A DNA stretch of 42,316 nt from an uncultured Clostridia bacterium (GTDB lineage Bacteria; Bacillota; Clostridia; Christensenellales; UBA3700), in the NCBI GenBank assembly GCA_946623205.1, contig CAMOQV010000001.1, positions 1 through 42,316 of the forward strand, given 5' to 3'. This document shows, in pieces, positions 9,601-15,981 of the stretch. The notes under the pieces were generated by a model. That model was not told where the DNA came from, ran no database searches, and saw nothing but the letters and a program-made list of their open reading frames with translations. Position 1 is the stretch's first letter, and every line of letters begins with the position of its first letter. A program made the translations under genes and the position numbers.

Positions 9601-10772
9601 AAAGGTAGCCCATCGAACGTTTTTTTGTTTGCTAATGTATTAACTGTAATTTCTGCCTTTTCAACCTTTAGTGTGCCAAATCTTGGTACTATTTCATAGT
9701 TTGCCAAGTTTGTATTATCATTTGGATACCATTGCACAGAGTTTTGAATAGTTGAAGCGTTTGTAATCTCTTTAAAATCGCCAAACGAGAATCCTTCGCC
9801 TTGTGGTAATAAAGTAGAATCGTAAATTACTGTTTTGTCGCTAAGAGGCGTACCATCATATGTTTTTGTTTTATCGTTAGTCTTTATCTCTAGTCTTATC
9901 TTAGCTACATTTACTCTTCCATAGTTATAATGCACATCATAATATTTGTTTGTAACGTCTTTGCCATCTTTGTTCAATATTTTCATTGGCATATTGTTTG
10001 TGTATATGCCAGCATTATAACCAAATGTCTTTGGCGTAATATCTATAGAATCTGAATAACAAAGATTACCTGAAGATATATCATATTGAGATAATTCAAA
10101 TGTTTGGCCATTATATGTAGTATTTATACTTTCAGTATCGATTGTAATTCTCTTTTTCGTGAAATCAACTGCTTTTGTTTCTAATATAATGTTATAAGCA
10201 TCAGTTACATCTAAGCCTTCTTTGTTTATAATCTTCAACTTGTCTATATCTGGAGTAACATTAAATGTGTTTTCGTCTACATCATCAAATATAAATGAAT
10301 CACACTCTATCTTATCTGCATAAGCTAAATCGCTCGTTAATCTTAATATAGTGCCATATTCTATTTCATTATTTACAATGCAAATTGTAATGTCTTTCTT
10401 TTTGATGACAACACTAACTGCCTTTCCGTGTTGCGTCGCACCAAAAGATCTTTCAGAAACGGTTCTTATTTCATATTCACCTGGAGTTTCTGGCAATCCA
10501 GCAGTCCATTGTGTATCATTCTTCTCTTTATATTCTGTTGTAGATTTACTAAAGATACTATTTGATTCATAATAAACTCTCTCACCATAAGTTAAATCTG
10601 TTTCCCCAACGACAGGATCAAGAATCATACCATTAATACCAACTAATGTTGAAACGACAATAAAGACAGCAATCAAGCAAGCTATAATTAAAATCTTATG
10701 CTTAATTATTGAATCTCTAATTGATGCTAACGTCTCTAAACGTTTTTTGTAGATATCGTACGTTACTTTCAT
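651..10772 (-). CDS. giant (3,373 aa) type-II membrane-anchored surface protein: MBG-like repeat array plus transglutaminase-like cysteine-protease core
   Basis: Uninterrupted ORF whose ATG overlaps the upstream stop (TGATG). N-terminal K/R-rich segment followed by a hydrophobic helix, ILIIACLIAVFIVVSTLVGING. About 26 tandem repeats of roughly 85-110 aa (pattern K-x-I-x-I, Y-D/N/T-G/R-x-x-H-x-P, LL-x-GD, G-x-Y, YY-x-I, TLTI). Acidic linker ADEKDMPEDPEED. TgpA-like module with GVCRHYASAA (Cys codon 1818-1820) and HAWVEVYVYGLGWIAVEVTG (His codon 1689-1691). Ser/Gly/Asn linker, then about 3 more repeats. Confidence 0.9.
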   Translation of the reverse strand: MKVTYDIYKKRLETLASIRDSIIKHKILIIACLIAVFIVVSTLVGINGMILDPVVGETDLTYGERVYYESNSIFSKSTTEYKEKNDTQWTAGLPETPGEYEIRTVSERSFGATQHGKAVSVVIKKKDITICIVNNEIEYGTILRLTSDLAYADKIECDSFIFDDVDENTFNVTPDIDKLKIINKEGLDVTDAYNIILETKAVDFTKKRITIDTESINTTYNGQTFELSQYDISSGNLCYSDSIDITPKTFGYNAGIYTNNMPMKILNKDGKDVTNKYYDVHYNYGRVNVAKIRLEIKTNDKTKTYDGTPLSDKTVIYDSTLLPQGEGFSFGDFKEITNASTIQNSVQWYPNDNTNLANYEIVPRFGTLKVEKAEITVNTLANKKTFDGLPLTAGFEHVEGTLYKDALIRVSKGSSIPTLTYPGTLTNDLDIKIYESEDDYENGIESTNYKLKLVLGDLVVEKVKLKVTTQSKEKEYDGTALYSEDEPTYYLLRLNALTGEYEPYVPEELDLPGIYDTENNRTGTIYPVLAKMIDYNPVLAESEVVVRAVLDYNSEKYFTIVDEDFGSLKILKRIVTLTNEEKTVIFDDNYYAINAFEYIDGESKLLAGDYIDVSEFGNSIVGSYEYDIKNVKIRNSNGDEVSYYDVRFVEGKDVATLNIIKRAFYIKTINKTFTFEGVKQYRPEIIIVKKVVDELTNDISYVQIENGDIGLLGEDRFNLGFFTREHVKPLDERLNKDDYTYTFDLNNLKIYDQNEENIKTYYEILGFINEDNTINTEEIVTLTINPIELTIRITDVNVAFDRQAHHPTFELLSGSLLDGDVFITREFIEVGEYNYNLTQNKILMPDDEEEDFNIIQRRVDEELINVDYYKISYVDELDTPYLDSEDVIANLTIRKIDVYLRLEDREVEYSRANYMPTMKSVDLEGNQFLEGYLLTGDAYSDVGWWHSEIGTYTHYADEIKFHNLETGEDVTHHYQIHCYEDKTSVTLTIVPRVITIALTDKIYKYDRGYVRPEIEEVISGESKLLENDYIDKDSYLRSEVGIYGFTNYDLKILNSETQEDVTDCYNVIYKDNKDSVTLTIKKIDLYLQIIQDESYEYTKTSHAPHIKEVLWDGAQYVSAETNSSVLLPDDYLTIRSFIEIGSYVFNFKTQTLTATIGEAVLEEHYYPILHNEDNVDSDASYYEIYFVDLDGNSIDLDDAIITFNITKRALMVTIEPSKTTTYTRDYQRPEISITSGSCLNGDSLNLAPYAKINPGVYNIDISDIEVVNESDGAVSYYDISFDNILSTLTIEKIDVLVTIEDLDSSYTREVQYPKVSYEGNLISGDYLDLTPYGQTDIGSYDVDISDINIKDANGDIETYCYNITFKDDISSAQIIISKIEFKIGLIEYTFTYDGHAHDAGVIPDYAALLSGDSYSTSDYKRTDVGTDTFDLNDKKVLNSAQEVVDYYEIKYYAITLDGNGMPVDAVPVTQGNIFVTITIVPIEITLMLDNYSTSFDRELHSPIIKEVYYDDVSGTYVDATEETTKILTGDIAYVPVFSAIGTYAYDLYTNKITMNVNGEETIEDYYPIAKYKNNVYTACTYYNISYVDKLNNTINVENAQVTLEITKIDIVISIDAIYTTPYNRAKQNPNIKEYSFESNLLDGDSIDITPYERTDIGEYAIDIAGITIVDANKQVVDYYQISFKDDNTQSAFEIEKRDIYIKLIDTQVSYDRNKHTPTIKEVVWDADLVQYVDAEESMLLTNDYLYLSPFERIEVGEYTFNPFEMQIKRMAAEDPTYYEIHYIDSNDNEFAQGMAYVELIIKKIDIYYQLTDTTIIYDGKDHYPSIQEVMKQTVDSVVSYVVSFNNTNLLSGDTLDKEPYKGKEIGTYHFAPLNAQIKMAASLEYATYYNIHYVDSDGVLFDEGIEGVTLFIVNREIYVKAVNGVYIYNRQPHSPTFSVVKKVNDSYEPIVGSDVGLMDGDHFNVDYFTRTTIKSIADGDYVYEFELSELKILNANNEEVTSNYTILGFVDGDNALKDGSNPMVNLTINPVPVYLHTEDNTVTYDGNEKFAEILFYPVDGYELLPGDEVINKGFIGVGTYVYDVQNNTITKTINGIETVEEYYPIVSYNNYGERIPADYYQVLPVGPNPVTLTINPIHIYISIANAEYTYDGLKHSPDIHEVIKEEDEYNNVSYRDPLQDETNLVFGDKLNLAPYTTANVKDVQNADYVYSYSMIDFDLFMKGYYNVHFVKDGIEVNYRNAQGTIIESDVPVVTLTINPRVLNVAWDEEAEHSVFEYDGKAHTPAIVFGGDHIAAGEAANAFIIDDALEQIIFTFSPTYSLSVKTPGDGYASMSNPVITYSDGTMRYTVTSNFIITYTNDESYVQVVPRKLVVAPKHIEVEYDGEVHTIDEYEFIEGSLVGGDELRVLEFIGEGTEIGEYTVEIGEYILDNADCYDVELRTQTLNIVARQIYIQISNIEYEYDAKEHTPNISEYIIDNTKLLGDDIINVAEFAKTNAGEYVINTSDIKVLTYDADLDEYKEANYYAISFVDLAGTIVEFSSINLIIHKKLIYIRPSNASLEYTGEMQTAKDIEEILVDGIVDGKLQKVSRFVDGHYMVVNSVTFGGGRLELGLSENETYIIDYDISVFDGSDGDEDETNDVDVSENYEYNIDTKGNIEIIKRKITIKTGSKYAVYSGTPLMYDHYIIETGSVLEGDQLAVEIYGRIVDIGSVPNKASAKVYGEHEEFYEPVNIIFGTLTIVADEKDMPEDPEEDNIQDWDENFDYQDNNGADKESVLCMVTSDVAGSIYLKTEAYANYTGSTWNAEDSSIANRTFTYNEKTYSYNALTGLALGDLGVSKNNVTIKSFIDGALVPYYTAMEYMDPQELHTLEHDGFGYEIEYRDSTVGILTQLSQTTQDLRIIEQDYRMSNLFRSNYLTVPDGELKQYLISIINSQGFTISDSAVIQKVAQYIQKSAKYNLAYDPALDEESDFVYAFLTKYKEGVCRHYASAATLLYRTLGIPARLVVGLKGEVTEPNTKTSITKKQAHAWVEVYVYGLGWIAVEVTGSDSNSSGGASGSGSNNENSQDSDISSTVNVEDYFYDKEMYIHPVFTLGSFDPLNPDAELAPKQQVESYEFTNESGVYVNKGLFENLISKGYTYECEILGGQVGVGISRSKIMKFKLFDSYGNDVTNRFIIHMVDGQVEMTDKEIIVINVKNYIKTYTGQEISPKTNAWTIVSQPSNVVIEWTMQSIRGPIVNAGVIKAADLNVNEICVYSSSDVFRTTNIANNYRIVVNGNAVVVKPKYIAISTNSISQLITNGSIHQEVFLSQGTLVSGHRIACTFVTPQQIVGVQENKISELHIYDENGNDVTGSYSIKVTYGQIKLSLDPNDI
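2558..10400 (-). repeat. protein-level tandem array of about 26 diverged MBG-like (YDG ... NY/YY ... TLTI) Ig-like repeats inside the giant CDS
   Basis: Repeat boundaries were read from the translation (recurring TLTI/LTIN-P/K-x-I-x-I junctions). The copies are diverged at the protein level, and I saw no long identical DNA stretches. Confidence 0.7.
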
Positions 10773-12991
10773 CAGTACAATTCAAGCTCCCCTGATATTG
10801 TGGTTATTATGAAGTTCTTTGTTATATCTACTAATACAGTATTATCATTTTGATCTTTCTTACTATAGTAAATCTTTACTTCTTCTATATCGTTATCTGC
10901 TATGCCTTGCTCCGTTAGGATTGTTGGCATAGTTACTTTAACTACTAAATCTTCAATATATCCTTGATATTCATATGTGAAATCATCTTCATCACATTGC
11001 AATCTTGCACCTGGTGTATATGCAGCTCTTTCGCTTCCTGCAGTTACTGTAATTAAGACAGGAGTGATCTTTACTTCGCCAGGAATTGCTTCTATTTCAT
11101 AATCATCCGTAGCATCGACACCACCTCTTAAAATCTCAACTTTGAATGGATTTTCATACACACCTATATCTCTAAATGTGTTTTGGAACGTTAATCTCAA
11201 TTCGTCTGTTTCTGCTAAATGTCCTGCTTCAATAGAATATGCTTCAACTGTTCTATCTGTATTGTTATATGTAAAGTTTGCGTTCTTGCCTCTGATTCTC
11301 AAAAGATATTTATAAACATGCAAGGTGCCTGCACGTGTATAATCATAGCCATATTCATCACTTACATCTTCACCGTTTTCATCTACAATTACTGGCTCAA
11401 CATAGTTTGGCGTTTTACCAACTTCTGTCCTTGAAGATATGAAGTTATATGACACGATTGTGTGATTTGGTTCCAAATTGCCTGTATAGTAAACTTCTGT
11501 GCCGGCGCCTGTTAATGGTTGACCATTATATTCTCTTGAAACATCTTCAGTTGTTAAATATAAAATTGTTCTAACTTGCACAAATAATCCTTGCTCATAA
11601 GAAAAATCAAAATCATTTGTTACTTCATCGCCATCCGCGTTATAGATATGGAATTCTTCTATATTTGTTAAACCAGCATTACCAAGTTTTGTAAATCCTG
11701 ATGGATATTCAAAATCTATAATGCTACCACTCTTATCTGCATTTCCATAAAAACCAGCTGTATAATAGAACCCATCATATTTTTTTATTAAATCTATTAA
11801 ATCGCCTTCTAAGAAGTCGCCTTCTTTACGTGAATCATGTATAACCCCATCTTCGTCTGCGCCTAATGGATAATACCTACCATCAACGCCATCTTGAGGA
11901 ACTTGGCTTATCTTTGGTTTAATAACAGATTGATTATCCTCGTTTGAAACAGTTCTTCCTGTTGGATCTGTTGGAACCCAACCAACACCATCTACATATA
12001 TCTCTACCCACGCGTGCGCGTCTCTATTAGTTACTTCAACTTCTTCATCTTTTATAGCCTTTACGCTAAAGCCATCTACTCTTCTTGCTGGAATGCCTGC
12101 AGATCTATACATTAATACTGCGGCGCTCGCAAAGTGTTGGCAGATACCTTTTTTGTATTTAGACATAAAAGCAACTACGACATCGCTTTCGTTGTTCATA
12201 GCTCTATCGAATTCCAAATCATAAGATGCAGCATTTGAAACATAATTTGAAATGTTAGAATAAATATTCTTTGTATCTTTTGACCAGCCTTTATCTCTCA
12301 ATATATCTAAAAAATATTGTTTTGTTGTTTGAGGAACTGCTGTGTAATGTTCATATACGAAAGTTCTATATGCTAATTCTTCTTGCGAATATTGTGTTCT
12401 TGGCGATGATTTAACCATAGATGACAATGTATCTGCATTATATTTATTAGCGCCAAAATAAATTGCTGTATATGGGCTACTTACATCACCGCTATTTTCT
12501 ATATCACTTGTTTGAAGTTTAACACTGCTTCCCATTGGAGATGTGTAATATGGGAGTACATAGTTGTTGTAATTAGGATCAATCTTCATGCTATATATCA
12601 ATGCACCTTGCTCATCACAATATAACGCAGTTAAATAATCACATGAGATTGAATTATTTATTAATTCTTGGTATTCAACCGGATTTTGCCATGCATTATT
12701 TTCCATATCTCCATATGCAAAGGCTTTTAATAATACTGTTCCATTTGAATTTGCTGTAACTCTATAACAAACTCTTGTTTCACTATCCGAATCTGTTCCC
12801 AAATCCGAAGAGAATTGTCCATTTCTATTTAAAGCGTTAGCTAAAGCCTCAGAAAGGCCTGTCTTCATAACGCCATCTTCAAAGTTTACGAAAAAGCGCA
12901 CAACAAACAAAAGCAAAGCTGCAATAGTAAATATTGCTAACATGCCTACAAGATTCAATCCATGATTACTTTGCTTCTTCTCTTGTGCCAT
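10772..12991 (-). CDS. membrane-anchored transglutaminase-like protein (739 aa) with C-terminal MBG-like repeats; short paralogue of the giant protein
   Basis: N-terminal TM LVGMLAIFTIAALLLFVV. Canonical Transglut_core triad context: KKGICQHFASAA (Cys 12140-12142) and DAHAWVEIYVDGVGWVPTDPTG (His 12014-12016, DPT Asp). The pre-core region aligns with the giant protein (VLPYYTSP vs LVPYYTAM; AFAYGDMENNAW vs EAYANYTGSTW). The C-terminus has 3-4 YNG/YxI-type repeats. Confidence 0.88.
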   Translation of the reverse strand: MAQEKKQSNHGLNLVGMLAIFTIAALLLFVVRFFVNFEDGVMKTGLSEALANALNRNGQFSSDLGTDSDSETRVCYRVTANSNGTVLLKAFAYGDMENNAWQNPVEYQELINNSISCDYLTALYCDEQGALIYSMKIDPNYNNYVLPYYTSPMGSSVKLQTSDIENSGDVSSPYTAIYFGANKYNADTLSSMVKSSPRTQYSQEELAYRTFVYEHYTAVPQTTKQYFLDILRDKGWSKDTKNIYSNISNYVSNAASYDLEFDRAMNNESDVVVAFMSKYKKGICQHFASAAVLMYRSAGIPARRVDGFSVKAIKDEEVEVTNRDAHAWVEIYVDGVGWVPTDPTGRTVSNEDNQSVIKPKISQVPQDGVDGRYYPLGADEDGVIHDSRKEGDFLEGDLIDLIKKYDGFYYTAGFYGNADKSGSIIDFEYPSGFTKLGNAGLTNIEEFHIYNADGDEVTNDFDFSYEQGLFVQVRTILYLTTEDVSREYNGQPLTGAGTEVYYTGNLEPNHTIVSYNFISSRTEVGKTPNYVEPVIVDENGEDVSDEYGYDYTRAGTLHVYKYLLRIRGKNANFTYNNTDRTVEAYSIEAGHLAETDELRLTFQNTFRDIGVYENPFKVEILRGGVDATDDYEIEAIPGEVKITPVLITVTAGSERAAYTPGARLQCDEDDFTYEYQGYIEDLVVKVTMPTILTEQGIADNDIEEVKIYYSKKDQNDNTVLVDITKNFIITTISGELELY

Positions 12992-12992
12992 C

Positions 12993-14438
12993 CTAAATGT
13001 TATTTACAATGTTATGAATGTATTGTTTACATCTTGGCATTGCTTCCTCTCCAAATAGTTCATTTAGCTTGTCTACTAACCCATCTGCTCCATTTTTAAC
13101 GTAGATTGGGTTCTTCATCTCAAGCTTTCTCAATATCTTCTTAGATAAGATATCGTCTAACGCATCAAGTTCTTCTCCGCCACATCCAATGTAAATCGGT
13201 ACATACTTATTTATTTGCATCATAATTCTGTTACCAAATGTTACTTGGAAATGCTTCGTTAAGTAATTGTCTAATTCCTTTAACTTCTCTTTGTTTCTCT
13301 CTGTTAATGCATTCTCTTGTTGTGCATTTAATATCAATCGATCAAAATCTTTTGCACTTAAATGTAGATTAGAACTATTTCTTCCTCTAAATGGTTCACA
13401 CTTGTTATCCAAGTTTAGAATCATAGCTCTATCGTATACCTTATCTGAAATAGCAAATGTACTATCATCATTGTTTGCTGTTCCAATAAACCACATGTTT
13501 GTTGGTAATTGTATTTGTCCATCTTTCAAACTTGCTGGGTCTGTTGCCCACTTGTCTGAAACTACTTCCATATATCTTTCATCTGCTCTTGGTAATTCCA
13601 ATAAAGATAAGAATTCTGCAAAGTAATACTCAACTCTCGCAATATTCATTTCATCTAGCACTGTTATATAGATGTCTTCTGAATAATTCGCTTCATACAT
13701 CTTCTTTAATAGAGCTGTTTCATTAAAGTGCTTTGTGAATTCATTGTAATATCCAATAAGGTCTGTTCTTTCCTTCCACATAGGTTGAATTGGAATAACT
13801 GTTGATGGATTCTCTACAAATCTACCAAATGCATATGCAAGTGATGTCTTACCTGTACCAGACATACCTTGCAATATTAAGATGTGAGATACTCCAAGTC
13901 CAGCTATGAATGACCTAATATCTTCTGCTCTGTAATATAACCCTAATTCATTTGCTGAATAGTTTCTAAAATCATCACAGAACATCTCTAATGTAATATT
14001 GTTGATGTAATCATCCTTTGAATATGTCTCTCTCTTCTTATCTATTTGCTTCAATATGCTGAATCTAGATATGTTCTTGTTGTTCTTATCACTAGCTTTG
14101 CTTGAGCCTATACTTCCTGTTCCTTCAACTAATAATTCGTTTGGCAACGATAGTTGATATGAACCATGATGTCTTTGATATCTATACAAGGCTCTTGCAT
14201 TTTCTCTAATTCTTTTGAAGATAACGATAACAGTCACTAAAAGTACAATTGGAGTACCAATTAAAAGAGCGATTAAATATACGAAATCTATTACGTTTTG
14301 TTCTTCAATATATTTTTTGAACTCTTCAATATTAGCAACTATTACCAATTCCAAGATGAAAGCAACAATCACAACGATTATTGCGGCTACAATCATAACA
14401 TTAGTTAGAGTTATTTTCTTATTGTTTGAACTTTTCAT
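12993..14438 (-). CDS. membrane-anchored McrB-type AAA+ NTPase (481 aa, two N-terminal TM helices)
   Basis: Walker A GMSGTGKTS (13842-13868). Walker B plus following helix VLDEMNIARVEYYFAEFLSLLE (compare McrB IIDEINRANLSKVFGE..LLE). LPTNMWFIGTANNDDST (compare McrB NVYIIGLMNTADRS). Two hydrophobic helices lie at the N-terminus, followed by a basic stretch, KRIRENARALYRYQRHH. Confidence 0.8.
   Translation of the reverse strand: MKSSNNKKITLTNVMIVAAIIVVIVAFILELVIVANIEEFKKYIEEQNVIDFVYLIALLIGTPIVLLVTVIVIFKRIRENARALYRYQRHHGSYQLSLPNELLVEGTGSIGSSKASDKNNKNISRFSILKQIDKKRETYSKDDYINNITLEMFCDDFRNYSANELGLYYRAEDIRSFIAGLGVSHILILQGMSGTGKTSLAYAFGRFVENPSTVIPIQPMWKERTDLIGYYNEFTKHFNETALLKKMYEANYSEDIYITVLDEMNIARVEYYFAEFLSLLELPRADERYMEVVSDKWATDPASLKDGQIQLPTNMWFIGTANNDDSTFAISDKVYDRAMILNLDNKCEPFRGRNSSNLHLSAKDFDRLILNAQQENALTERNKEKLKELDNYLTKHFQVTFGNRIMMQINKYVPIYIGCGGEELDALDDILSKKILRKLEMKNPIYVKNGADGLVDKLNELFGEEAMPRCKQYIHNIVNNI
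12994..14110. repeat. direct repeat copy A (1,117 bp), apparently 100% identical to 15982-17098
   Basis: Base-by-base reading agrees. The encoded C-terminal ~370 aa are identical, as are the antisense shadow ORFs (13267-13626 = 16255-16614; 13499-13726 = 16487-16714). The offset is a constant 2,988 bp. Confidence 0.9.
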
Positions 14439-15981
14439 CTTCTACCTTCTTAAACAATATTTCTCTTTGTAGTCTCTTCTTGGTCTTCTTCCATGCCATT
14501 TTGTAATACTCGCCGATTACTTTGTATTCCTTTTCGATTAATTTAAACTTGTCCTCATCTGTATAGTCTTGATAATCTACTTCCAATCCAAGTTGATTTC
14601 TAAATGCATTATTTTGTGTAATTGCACTATCAAATTTCTCTCTTTGAAGCTCCATTGAATGTTGCATGTTTGCTAATTCTTTTTCAAGATTACCTTTTGC
14701 TTGAATTAAATTGCTTCTTTCGTTGTTCACTTGGCCTAGTTCTTGTTCAAAAACCGCTTGTCTTTGAGCTATTTTGTTTTCATAAGCTATTGCCATGCTT
14801 GCTTTTTCTTCTTGCAAGTTCGCAATATCGCCCTTTAGTGCTTTAATTGTTCCTTTTTGTTTTTCAATAACGCTATTTGCACTTTGAAGTTCTAGTAATT
14901 GAGATTCTAGATATTGGATTCTTTCATTTTGTATTAAAATGTATTCATCTATTTCCTTTCCGCTAAGCTTTTGCTTGCCTCTTAATTCTTGAATTCTCTC
15001 TTTAACTTCTTCAATTCTTTCAGCTTCTTCGATCTTCAATTGTTTTTCCATTTCTTCTTGAAGAGATTCGCCAAGTTCCATACTATGCATTTGCATTAAG
15101 AACAATAGCAACAAAACTGTGTTATTGAAATCGTCTTCAGCTTCTCTATCTAATTGTTTTTCAACAGCTTCTCTTGTAATAGAATATCCTGGTGCTGAAT
15201 ATGTAGATATATATTCATATAAGGCAAGAGCATATTTGAAGTTTGTTTCCATTTTTAAAACGTTAGTTTTTGTAATAGGTGGCTTAATCATTGGCACCTT
15301 GCTTACTTCTACCATAAGCGGAGTAGATAGCAATTTCAAAATAGCGTTTAAAACGTCTTCAATTCTTTGTACAACTTTAGCGTTAGCACTATCTTTAGAC
15401 AATGACATATTCTCATCTTCAATATTGATTGAATATGTAATATTTCTTTGTTTTGTTTTATATTTAGAGCCAATCTCTAAAACTGTGTAATATTTTCCTG
15501 AATATTCTGTAATCTTGTTATATCTTTCAGTTGTGAAGTCTCTTAAATAAGTTAATAGCAAATACAAGAATCTATTCTCATAAACAGCATAATCACTTAG
15601 CTTTTCTACGGTGTAAATCTTTTCTGGTCTTACTTCATCTGTTTCTTCGTCAATCTCTTTAATTAAAGATGCGTGCTTTGCAAGATGGCTAATAGATTCT
15701 TTTGATACACTCTTTGTCTTTTCAATTAAAACAACTTCTCCGTTTGTTCTAATGAATTGTCTTTCTTGCGAAATTGCCTTTTCTATATACTTTAGATTGT
15801 TTTCAATTTCGCTTATCCAATCTTCTGTTACTTCACACTTAATTCTTTCTATTGAAAGCTTAGATATCTTACTTGAACCAAGCGAGTTGATTTGACGTAA
15901 AAAGTTTTGGATACCCTTATCCTTTAGCGCAAACTTTTTATATTCAACAAACGCTCTATAGTAATAATCTATCGTTCTCAT
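14419..15981 (-). CDS. McrC-position partner protein: DUF2357-like N-terminal region plus long coiled coil, no nuclease domain (520 aa)
   Basis: Sandwiched between the two McrB-like genes and translationally coupled to both (TAATG at 15981; 20-nt overlap at 14419-14438). The YAVYENRFLYLLLTYL motif (about 15568-15582) resembles the ENRF(V/L)K motif of DUF2357/McrC-like proteins. Residues ~300-470 are heptad-rich and E/K/Q/L-rich (EEMEKQLKIEEAERIEEVKERIQELRGKQ...). No PD-(D/E)xK signature is visible. Confidence 0.6.
   Translation of the reverse strand: MRTIDYYYRAFVEYKKFALKDKGIQNFLRQINSLGSSKISKLSIERIKCEVTEDWISEIENNLKYIEKAISQERQFIRTNGEVVLIEKTKSVSKESISHLAKHASLIKEIDEETDEVRPEKIYTVEKLSDYAVYENRFLYLLLTYLRDFTTERYNKITEYSGKYYTVLEIGSKYKTKQRNITYSINIEDENMSLSKDSANAKVVQRIEDVLNAILKLLSTPLMVEVSKVPMIKPPITKTNVLKMETNFKYALALYEYISTYSAPGYSITREAVEKQLDREAEDDFNNTVLLLLFLMQMHSMELGESLQEEMEKQLKIEEAERIEEVKERIQELRGKQKLSGKEIDEYILIQNERIQYLESQLLELQSANSVIEKQKGTIKALKGDIANLQEEKASMAIAYENKIAQRQAVFEQELGQVNNERSNLIQAKGNLEKELANMQHSMELQREKFDSAITQNNAFRNQLGLEVDYQDYTDEDKFKLIEKEYKVIGEYYKMAWKKTKKRLQREILFKKVEDEKFKQ

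Noticed and set aside
2558-10400. A DNA-level tandem repeat / VNTR or phase-variable tract in the giant gene
   Set aside because: The periodicity is visible only in the protein. Adjacent units are strongly diverged, and I saw no long identical DNA stretches or homopolymer/SSR tracts. I could not run a self dot-plot, which would settle it.
10772-10774. An alternative genetic code (UGA = Trp), as in many Mollicutes
   Set aside because: All large ORFs are open in the standard code. TGA also functions as the stop of the 739-aa gene in a TGATG coupling junction. Code 11 therefore fits.
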